From: Chrysemys picta bellii
Taxonomy: Eukaryota
Reading direction: 5' to 3'
DNA length: 64,000 nucleotides
Assembly: GCF_011386835.1 (NCBI RefSeq)
Contig: NC_088797.1
Span: 34,038,001 to 34,102,000, forward strand
Below are positions 24,888 to 35,900 of the stretch, piece after piece. The translations under genes and the position numbers were made by a program. Each line of letters opens with the position of its first letter. Within the stretch, counting starts at the first letter, position 1. The notes under the pieces are model-generated. The model was not told the DNA's origin. It made no database searches and was given only the letters and a program-made list of their open reading frames with translations.

Positions 24888-25964
24888 GGTGTATGTGTGC
24901 CCCAGCTCCCCGTGACTGGGATCCTGCAACCCAATTCCCTCAGCGACCCCCAAATGCCCCTCCCTCCTGCTGTCGTGTCCCCAGCCAAGCCCACGTCCCA
25001 GACTGATTTCCTGGTGGCCCCAGAACCCTGGGGGCCTGGAGGTTCTAGATCAGAGCCCCCGCCTTTGTAATGCTGTCACTGTGGTGACTCCTAAACACCA
25101 CAGTGAGGGGAGGGGACAGGGCAGGGGCCTAGGAGGGGGGTTCTGTAGGACCAGGGTGGGGCTTAGCAGTATGGAGTGAGCCTGGGTTGGGCCCCAGGAA
25201 GGAGCTGGGGGGCAGAGCATGGTCAGGGGGGCAGGGCAAGGTGAGGCCTAAGGCTGTAGGGAGGAGTCGGGGATGGGGGAGTGTCTGGGGGGGGTGCAGA
25301 GTAGGAGGTGGAGGGGGCAGGGGCTCTGTGAAAGGGCGGAGGAGGCAGGGATAGGGCCTAGCTGTCTGGGGAGGACTCTGTGTCGGGCCCAGGGTGGGGT
25401 GAGGGGGCTGTGAGGCCCAGGATGGGGTGGGTGTCTGTGTGGAGGGGTAGGGCAGGGAGTCTGCAGAGTGGGGTGGGGGCCAGGAGGAGTGTAGAGCAGG
25501 AGGGGGAGCACTATTGCAGCTCCCTGACCTGCTGCAATAGCAGCCCCTAGTGCTTTCACTTCCTCTCCCCTGCTCTCCCTTCCCCCCACTGTGATGAAGG
25601 GTCCTATCCCCTCCCTCCTGAATCTGGACTGTACTGGGAGCTCTGGCCTATGCTGTTCACCCAGAGAACCTAACCTGGGTCCGAGCAGGACAGCTCCAGC
25701 CCATCCCCATTGCCCCACTGCCCCTGTGCCTGTGCAGGCCCATCGTTCCTGACAGATCCAGCTGAGGGTGTGGAGACAAGGAGCTGGTTCCGACGCCACT
25801 TGGGGAGGGGGTGACTCCGGTTTCACCCAGTGGATCTGAGATCAGAATCGGCCCCTACCCACTGCAGTCAATGGGTGACTCTCGACTGACCCCAGGAATC
25901 AAGGGGATCAGATAGGGACCCTACATTAATGCAATGAATGAAAGTCATTGGGGCTGAGTTAGAT

Positions 25965-26374
25965 CAGTGGCTCTCAACCTTTCCAGACGACTGTACCCCT
26001 TTCAGGAATCTGATTTGTCTTGCGTTCCCCCAAATTTCACCTCACTTAAAAACTGCTTGCTTATAAAAACAGACATAAAAATACAGAAGTGTCACAGCAC
26101 ACTGTTACTGAGAAATTGCTGACTTTCACAGTTTTACCACATTATAAAATAAATCCATTGGAATATAAATATTGTACTTACCTTTCAGTGTATAGTATAT
26201 AGTGCAGTATAAACAAGTCATTGTCTGCATGAAATTTGAGTTTGCACTGACTTCGCTAGTGCTTTGTAGGTAGGTTGTTGCAAAACTAGGCAAAGATCTA
26301 GACTAATTGATGTACCCCCTGGAAGACCTCAGCGTACCCCCAGGAGTATGTATACCCCTGGTTGAGAACCACTG
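25965..26374. mobile_element. hAT (Charlie-like) MITE, 410 bp
   Basis: TIRs CAGTGGCTCTCAACC / GGTTGAGAACCACTG and an exact 8-bp TSD AGTTAGAT at 25957-25964 and 26375-26382. Confidence 0.9.
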
Positions 26375-26927
26375 AGTTAGATGACAACTGATTGGTGACC
26401 CACCATGTCCAGCACCCCCATCTCACCCTGTGAGCCCCCTTCACCAGGAACCAAACTTGGGATAATTCATTACCATGCGGGTGTTGCTTTGATCGGGGAA
26501 CACCATAGAAATGCAGTTATTAATACTAGCAGAGATGCAAATAGGAACCAGGAGTCCTGGTTCCCCCTGCCCCATCTAATCCACTAGACCCCTCTCCCCT
26601 CCCACAGCTGAAGACAGAACCCAGGAGTCCTGGCTCCCCACCCCCATGCACTAACCCACCAGGCTGCAGACCGCTCACATCATTATCAGCAGACAGCTCC
26701 GTCCCTCGGGGAGCAGAGAGTTAACACTGCATTTCCTGCAGCTCAGAGAAGCCGTGGGGCAGGCGGTGCAGGGAGACAGTGTGGGGACTGTGGGGGGGAA
26801 CGAGAAGGGACCCCTTTCTCTCCTGCCTCCTGCCCTGCCCCATCCCCACGTGAGACCCTCAGGAGGTGTCCCCTGAGGTTGCGGATCCAGCACAAGACCC
26901 AGCTTTCCCGGGCACCCGGTGCTGTCC

Positions 26928-29900
26928 ATGGCTCTGGAGTGCCAGCCCCTGGGCACAGTATCTGTGCGCCTGCAGATTGGGCTGTCCCGAGAGTCATACA
27001 TGCTTCCCCCAGAGGAGCTGGGTTACGGGCACCTGCGGCACCTGGCAGTGGAGCTGGTGGAGAGGAAGGTAATGGGGCTAAGCTGGAGGGGTGTTGAGAA
27101 GGGGAGCGCAGGTGAAAAGGCCAGGATCCAGGGTGTGGGGATGGGAAGGGGCCCCCAGAAGGAATCACAGAGGTTGTGCCCAGATGCCCATGCTGGGTCA
27201 CGGAGACACCAGGGGAGTTTGCTCAATATCTGATTAGTGCTTGGAATTTAGGGGAGCAGCTGTGGAACCCAGCAATGTCCTGACTTCCAGCCCCAGCTGC
27301 TCTAACCGTGAGTCCCCACTCCCCTCCCAGAACCGGGGACAGAATCTGAGAGTCCTGGCTCCCACCAGCCATGTTCTAACTACTAGGCTTCACTCCCCTG
27401 CCTCAGCTAGGAATAGAATCCAAGAGTCCTACCTTCCAGCACCTCCCCTGTTCTAACCACTAGACTTCACACCCCTTCCTGAGCTAGGAATAGACCCCAG
27501 GCATCCTGCCCTCCCTCCCTTTAACCACTATTCCTCCTCCCCTCTTGATGCCTGGAGATTGATTTGCTGTTCTCCTGAGACAGATTAAATGAGGCACAGC
27601 CTGGGGGAAACACAGGGCTGGACACTGCAGTGTCCCACAGATAGGGTAGCAGATGGGAGGTGCTGGGCTGCCAGGCGGCAGGTGGCTCGCTCCCTGGGGA
27701 ACCTCATGGCACTCAGAGCCCTTGGACAGCACCCTTGAGGGAGAAGGGGGGGCGCATGGTGTGGGGCAGGGGTCTGATCTTACCAGGGGACCTGCAGACA
27801 GGATTCGAGGTCGGGGAAAAGATGATGTGACCCAAGTGTAGGATGACTGGGGGGATATAGAGCCCTGGTCCAGGGCCAAAGCGGGAACATCCTTAATATT
27901 GGGGGAGGGTCTGAGCCTGAGCCTGCCCCCCTGCTGCGGACCTGCGCTCTCTCATTCACAGGAGGGTGGCTATTCAAAGGTTCCCTGTCTCCCCCGCATT
28001 TCCTTTGCCCCCTGCCCCCTCCCCGCCAGTTTCCATCTCAGGACAGCACAGGGAGCACTTGGGTGGGTGGGGGTGCTGCAGCAGCCATGCTGAGTCAATC
28101 TTTCCACTGCGGCTGGGGTCAGCGGGGCCCTGTCCCTCCTACCTGCGCTCTGAGGGCCTGCCCCCTCCCCGGCTGCCCAGTCGCCCTGCACCGAGCAAGT
28201 GAGAGAGGAAACCGCCCTAACCAGCAGAGCAGCTTGTTTCCGCTCCGTGCTCACTTGTGGCATTGCAGGGGGGGCTCGACTGGCTGCAGGGAGCGGGGAG
28301 TCTCATACAACTAGCCCTGTACAAACAGTCCCCGCGCTGAACCCCAGAGGCGGCTGCATGTCAGCGCCAGGCAAGGGATCCCTGTATAAACACCCCATGC
28401 AGCCCAGCCCAGAAGCAGCTGCCTCTCAGCACCAGGCACAGAAGCCTTGTATACAAAACCACCATGCCCCACTCCAGAGGTGGCTGCATCTCAGTGCCAG
28501 GCGAGGGATCCCTGTATAAACAGCTCCTGCACCCCACCCCAGAAGGGGCTGCATCTTGGTGCTGGGTAAAGGACCCCTATATAAACAATCTCCATGCCGC
28601 ACCCCAGAAGCAGCTGCATTTTAGCTCAGTGCAGTTACAATGAGAACACACAGCATTTCTGTATCAATGCGAGCATTCGAGAAGTGATACAGGAATCCAG
28701 GAGGCTGGTGTTAGTGGTGGGACTCTATCTGTGCTCCCCTCTCTCTCCCAGTGCATCTCAAGCCCTGGCAGGCTGGGGGCTCTGTGGAAGTTGTGCGGGT
28801 GGGGGATTGCTCAGCCAGGGAATGGTGCTGGGAAGAGCTGGAGCCCGCAGCCTGGGAGCAACAAAACCTGGAGCTAGAGAGAAGACTTCATGGCTATAAT
28901 AACCAGTCCTGTTCCGGTCCCATCTTCCCCCGGGGGAGGCGCTAATGTGAGATCACAGGCCAACCTTTACCAGCTAAGAGCAGGCCAGGCTCTCATGGGG
29001 GGGCGAGGTTACTGTCTGGCTCCCCCATAATTCCCCAGAAAGAAACCACGACTCCTGAGTTCTATGCCTGGCTCAGGGAGAGGAGTGGGATCTAATGGTT
29101 AGTGCAGGCCTGGGCGGGCCAGGAGTAGGGTTACCATACGTCTGGATTTTCCCGGACATGTCCGGCTTTTTGGGCCTCAAATCCCCGTCTGGGAGGAAAT
29201 CCCAAAAAGCCGGACATGTCCGGGAAAATAAGGAGGGAGGGCCCGGTGGTGCTCGGCCGGGGGCCGGGGCTGGCGGTGCGGGGCCGGGGGCCGGTGCTGC
29301 GAGGCCGGAGCCGGCGGTGTGGAGCCGGCGGTGCTCAGGCGGGGCCGGCGGTGGGAGACCGGGAGCCAGGCTGGGGGCCAGCGGTGCTCGGCAGGGGGCT
29401 GGGGGGTGCTCGGCTGGGGGCTGGCGCCCCAGGGCCCAAGCCGAGCCGCGTGGGAGACGCCGGGGCCAGAGCCTCTTGGCCTGGGCTGGCCGGCCGGCCG
29501 GCAACCACAGGGAACTACTCAGCCGGACTGGGCCGCCCCAGCCCCAACTTATCTGCTGCCTCCCTGTTTCAGGCTTCCTGCAAACATTTGATTAGAGGGA
29601 AGCAGGGGAGGGGGAGGAGCAGGGGGCGGAGCGTTCATGGGAGGGGGCAGAGTTGAGGTGGGGACTTTGGGGAAGGGGCGGAGTTGGGGCGGGGCCGGAT
29701 CCCCGTGGAGTGTCCTCTTTCCTTAAAATTAAAATATGGTAACCCTAGCCAGGAGGCCTGGGTTCTAATGCCATCTCTCTCCTAGTTCCCTGAATACGGC
29801 TTCCTGGGGGTGTCGGAGAAGATCATGCTGTTCCGGCATGACGACGCATCAGAGAATGTACTGGAGCACCTGGGGCCAGACAGTGTCATGCGCGCTGGGG

Positions 29901-32900
29901 ACCTGATTGAGATCGTGCTGTCGGGTGAGACAGTCCTGGGGCACCAGAGCCTGTGGATACCGAATAGGGCCTGGAGGGGAAAGGCCTCAGCTTCCTCTCC
30001 CTGCCCCATCTGAGCCACCCAGTTTCCCACCCTGGGGCAGATCAGAACTGGCGCCCCCTAGAGGACAAAGGCCCCTTGTCCCATTCCCCCATCCCACCCA
30101 GCCAGACCCCATGCCGTAGGGGCAGATCAGAGCCAGTTCCCCACAGAAGAGCAGGCCTTGGACTCCCATTCCCCCTACCAAACCCACCCCTTCCTCACTC
30201 TTCTCTCTCCCCCCAGCCTCAGTTTCCTTGGATTTCACTATCCGGCCCCATGTGCTGCTTGTTCACTCCTACAAGGCCCCAGCCTTCTGCGACTACTGCG
30301 GGGAGATGCTCTGGGGGCTGGTGCGCCAAGGGTTAAAGTGTCAAGGTATGGAGCAATCTGTGTCCACCCCTTCCCTCCCACCCCTGGGACTGACCCAGTC
30401 TCCTGGGTCCCTCCGCCTGACCCTAATCCTCTCCCCCTTCGTGGGTCCTTCTGGTGCCCATAACCCCTCTCTGCACCTGGCCTGATCCCCTGGGTCCCAC
30501 TGGGCAGATGATGCTCCCTCCAGATCTCCTGGGTCCTTTTGGCACACCTCTCCCCAGGCCTGGCTGAACTCCTCAGCCCTTTGCGCACCAGTAGTCCCCT
30601 CCTTCCAGGCCTGCCCAATCTCCTGGAGCCCCTCTGGGGCTCCCAGACCCATGGCCAGGGGGCCCATCTCCCCCCCAGGCCTGGCAGGGAGCCCAGTCCT
30701 CACTCTTCCCTCCCCCCAGGCTGCGGGCTGAACTATCACAAGCGCTGTGCCTTCAAGATCCCCAACAACTGCCGTGGTGTGAGGAGGAATCAGCTGGCCA
30801 GTCGCTCACTGGGTGCTACCACCAGCCCCAGAACCCCTGGCCTTGGCCAGAACGTGGGGGGCAGCCTGGAGGAGGTAGGAGCCGGGACTAACATAGCCAG
30901 GGGAAGGATTCCAGAGGGGAATGGCTCTTGGGTGTTGGGAAGGTCAAGGACTTCAGATGCAATGGATACACTCTGCAAAGGAATATGACGTCTGCTCTAG
31001 CAACTACACCCCACTCCTCTCCCAGAGCTGGATAGAACCCAGGAATCCTGGCTGCTAACCTCCTGCAGTGATGGCTGGATGGGATGGGGAAGGCCAGGCA
31101 GAGACTCAGGATAAATCAGAATTGGGGGTGGTTGGCAACTTGGCTGGAAAGTGGGGTGCAGTGAGGGACAGGGACAGTGCGGAGTTGGGGGGAGGGTGGG
31201 AACACTCACCACACTCTAACATGGACTCTGGTTCCCCTGCAGATCAGTCACTGGAAATGGGGCCAGCAGACGCAGGGCCCTGCACTGATTGGCCGCCCGC
31301 TCTGGAAGGACTGGATGGATCTGAACAGGGTCAAGGTGCCACACACCTTCCAGGTCCACTCGTACACCCGGCCCACTGTGTGCCAGCACTGCAAGCGCCT
31401 GCTCAAGGGGCTCTTCCGCCAGGGGCTGCAGTGCAAAGGTATCACCAGCTGGGACCACACAGAGGATTGGGGTACAGGGCTGACCCCGGGCTGGGACCCT
31501 GCCAGGATTGGGGTGAGGGGCCTGACCTTAGACTGGGACGCTGCTGGGATTGACTTTGGGGTCACTGTGGCCCCACTGGGCTGTAGGGGTACAGAACTTG
31601 GCAACCCAGCTTCAAGCTCTGCCCACATAGCTTCCCCATTCAGCACTGGAAGCTCCTTCTGATGGCATGTCCCAGCAACCACCCCAGCGAGGTGCCTCCT
31701 TTGAGTGCTGTCTGCTGGCCCAGGGAGGCTGCGTTCACAACCACTTATCAAGAGAACCCTGTACAGAGAGCTGGGAGTCACGGTCTCCGTGGCCTCTCCC
31801 CACCCTTCTGGGGCTGACAGGGAACCAGCAGAAACAGTCAAACATGCCAGGGGAACCCACATCATGGGTTCAAAGGGAGAAGTGGGGAGGATTCAGGGGA
31901 CAGAGATAAAAGGGAGGAGCTTCCCTTGATGTAACCAATGAAGCAACACTGCCTGAGTCTGCAAAGAGCCTGAGCCAATTGCTCTGAGGGGGGAACTACC
32001 CCCCTTTTGTCGCAGTGGGAGGTAGCACCCAGCCACACTGCTCCAGGGACCCCAGCAGGAAAAGGAAAGCTGGATCCCGGCTGGCCCGCTGCCCCACGCT
32101 GCCGCCTCTCTTCTCTCCCTGCCCAGACTGTAAATTCAACTGCCACAAGCGCTGCGAGCAGTTCGTGCCGGATGAGTGTGTGGGGGAGGGCCTGGCCCCT
32201 GGCACAGCAGGTAAGGACGGGGCCACAGGGACGGGGGGGGGGGACGACATACCCAGCACTACCCCATTCACGGCCCCAGCTCTGCCCCCTGCTTAGCTTG
32301 CTCACTGGGGAAGCCTGACCCCTCCCGGAGTGCCCCGCACTGCTATCCCACAATGCATTGGGCACAGCCCAGTGACCCTGTCTGGTCAGCATTAAGGCTC
32401 CACTGCTCTAAGCTTGGCTGGGCCAGAAGCTCCACCCCTCGTTACCCTCCCTGTGCTAGGGATAGAACTCAGGAGTCCTGATTCCCCCCTAGGGCACAAA
32501 CAGCACTTTCCTAAGGAGAGGGTCCAGAGCACTCCCTGCCCTGTCTTGCCCCCAGCTTAGTCTCTCCCCCCACTCTCTTCTGTCCCCAGCCCCACACCCT
32601 CCGCACCCCACCCAGCCTGCACTCACCCCCTGCCAGTCCCCCAAATCAGCCCTTATTTTATTACACTGCCTCTGCACCCAGCCTCATGATCGCCCCCACA
32701 CCCCGCTCTGCTCCCAGCCCTGAGCTCTCACCCAGAGAGGTGTCAGGCTGAAGAGCACTGTCCCCCCCCCAGAGCCCAGGCAGTTCTGGGAGCCCCAGGC
32801 CCCATCCTCTTTCTGCGTCTCCTCTTCTGCAGGCAGCACAAAAAGCTCAGACTCAATCTTCCCACCCTCCTGGGGGCTGGGAGTGCCCAGTGCCCATGGG

Positions 32901-35900
32901 TGCCAGGACTGCAGAGGTAGGGAGGGCCTAGGAGGGGTACAGGGTCCCCACACGCTCAGATTTGGCCTGGTCACCCCTCTGGCAGGACAGCCAGGCTCAA
33001 TTTCCAATTCTAGTCAGGGGACAAGGGGGGGCCTGAGCCCTTCTTTGTCATACCCCTGCTTCCAGCCCGTCTGCTCTAACCATTAGCCACCACTCTGCTC
33101 CCAGAGCCAGGCATAAAACCCAGGAATCCTGGTGCCCAGTGGCCCCGCTCTAGTCCCTATTCCCCCTTGTGTTTTCCCTGCTGGCCTCACAGAAAGCAGG
33201 GTATCACACTCTCCCCCTTCACCTACACAGATGGCGAGAGCCCAGAGTGCCCGTCTAGCAAGCCAGAGCCAGTGGAAGGGGAGGCGGATGGGGAGGGCAC
33301 CAGTGGGCACGGGCTGGCAGAGGACACAGAGGAGACAGAGCCCAACCCTGGGACTCTAGAGGCAGAGCTGCACACCAGCCTCAGGTAGGGACCCCCCAAG
33401 GATGGGTATGCGGGGTGTGGGGGAGGCTGCATGGTTCCCCTGGGCCTGCTGCTCCATAGTACAGAATGGGAAGGGTATCACCTATGGGGTCAGCGAACTC
33501 AGGAATCCTGGTTCCCAATCCCTGCTCTAACCACCAGACCTCACTCCCCTCCCAGAGATGGGCATAGAACCCAGGAGTCCTGACCCCAGGGAGCCTGGTG
33601 GGTGGTGGAAGGCTGTACCTTTGGGGGCTGAGGAGTCGAGTATCTGAGTCCCCGTCTCTCCTGGCGCCAGCCCCTGTTTCAGCAGCTACATCCCCTTGAT
33701 GCGGGTGGTGCAGTCCTGCCGGCACACCAAGAGGCGGCGCAGCGCCGTCCTGCTGGAGGGATGGATGGTGCACTTCACTAGCAGGGACCCCATGGTGAGT
33801 GCCCTGGCTGTGGAGAGAGGGTGGTGTTACAGGAGGGTCGGGGTGGAGCCTCAGGCAGGCTGGAATGGGGGATGGAGTCACAGGAGAATGGGAGGCAGGG
33901 ATCATGGATGGGCAGAGGGTGGGGCCACAGATGGATCAGGAGATGGAGCCACAGGTAGGCAGGGTGGGGTGGAGTAACAGGATGGGGCACGGGGTGGGAG
34001 GGTGTCAGGGAGTGGGGCTTGTGGCTGGCCAGGACTGGTTATGTGGGGACTGAGAGGAGGAGAGGGGGATTATTGGCCAGTCTCATTTCAGGGCAATGTT
34101 GGGTCGGGGGGGGCAGCAGAGGTTTGGGCCAGAGGGCCTTGGGATGGGCACATGCCCCCAGAATAATATCTCTGTGCCCCCCAGAGGAAACGCCATTACT
34201 GGGTGCTAGACAGCAAGAGCCTGAGCTTCTTCCACTGTGAGAGCGGAGGCAAGTTCTACAAGGTGAGGGGTCCCATTCCCTACAACACCCTGCTTCCCCA
34301 GAGCCCCAGTCCAAAGCAGCCTGCACTCCCCCCGCAGGACCCCCCTTCCTGATTCCTCACGCCAGAGGAGCCCAGCCACTGTCCAATGGTCTTACTCTTC
34401 CTGCAGGAGCTGCCGCTGTCTGAGATCCTCCAGATCCGCCCCTGGAAGGAGCTGACACCCCTGGCATCCAGCGGGAGCCCCCCCTGCTTTGAGCTGGTGA
34501 CGGAAGCCCTAGTGTACTACGTGGGCGAGCACAGCAGTGAGCGGGAGCCAGGGCAGGTCTGGGCAAGGGCGGAGGCTGGAAAGGCCTGGGCCAGGGCCAT
34601 CCGCCAGGCCCTATGGCCCGTGAACCCTGAGCCTGACGGCTCTGTCCAGGAGCCCAGTGAGTACCATAGGGAACCCTCTACAGGCAGCCATGAGCCCCAC
34701 CCCAGAGCTAGCTGCATCTCAGAGCTGGGTGAGAGATCATCCCTAATTCAACAGCCCCCATGCTGCACTGCAGAGCCAGCCAGACCTCAGTGTTGAGCAA
34801 GGAATCCCTGTGTTAACAACCCCTGGGCCACACCCCAGTGCCAGCTGCATCTAAGTGCTGGGCAAGAAATCCCTGTATCAACAGCCCCTGTGCCATATCC
34901 CAGAGACAGTTGCATCTCAGTACCAGGTCAAGGATCCCTGTATAAACATCCCAAGTGGCCATCTGAGAGGTGGCTGGCTCCTGCTCCCAGGAGAACAGGG
35001 TAGTGGGTCTGGATGTCCCAGTCAGGCCAGGTTCTTCTCATGTCTCCATTGTCTTGTCTCTGCAGATTCTGACTATGAGTCCCCAGATGACACGGTGAGT
35101 TGGAGAGGGTGGCACTGGGGAACCCTAGGAGTTGTGGGGTGCTTGGTCTGGCACAGGGAAGGGGATGAGCAAACATGGGGGCTGGTGTTGGGGTGAGGAA
35201 GCCAGGCATAGGGGATGGTGGCAGGGGTGGCAGGAGCATTAGGCCTGGCTTGTCAGGGTACCATGCTTCAATCCCCCCAACCCTGTCCTTGTCCTTCACC
35301 CCAGGACATCAGCCGTTCCTATCAGATCTTCCCTGACGAGGTGCTGGGCGCTGGGCAGTTCGGGGTGGTGTACGGCGGTAGGTGCCCTCCCCCGCCCCAG
35401 CTCCCATCCTGGCTCCCCCCTCCTGTGTTCCCCAATAATTCCCCTCCCTCTGTGCTGATCCCCCTACCTCCCCAATAATTCCCCTCCCTCTGTGCTGATC
35501 CCTCTACCTCCTCCTTGGGCACAGTCTGGGATCTCAGCTTGCATGTGCGCCCCTCAGGGGCAAACGTGGTCACTACAGCTCCCCAAGTGCCATAGCCATG
35601 CCCATCCCATCACTGCCATGCTTCCAGGAGCATGGTTTGCCCACTGCTCACCCATGGTGTGCTAGTGCACATCTCCCACCAGCCCTGCCCCACACCCCTC
35701 CTGTCCCAGCTCTGCCTCCCCCTCTGCCCCCCAGCCCTGATACCCCTGCCCTGATACCCCACCCCAGGAAAGCACAGGAAATCTGGCCGGGACGTGGCCG
35801 TGAAAGTCATCGACAAGCTGCGCTTCCCTCCCCGGCAGGAAAATCAGTTCCGCAATGAGGTCTCCATCCTGCAGGTGAGCCACTGGGGGTGAAAAACACA

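Noticed and set aside
29073-29656. Pro/Gly/Ala-rich ORFs
   Set aside because: They lie entirely within the GC-rich MITE and are a composition artefact.
33193-33230. Upstream alternative acceptor (CACAG at 33192) for PKD exon 7
   Set aside because: In the required phase it reaches TAG near 33360; the acceptor at 33230 keeps the ORF open.
35431-35510. Two-copy 40-bp direct repeat in PKD intron 12
   Set aside because: A simple local tandem duplication with no evident effect on splice sites.
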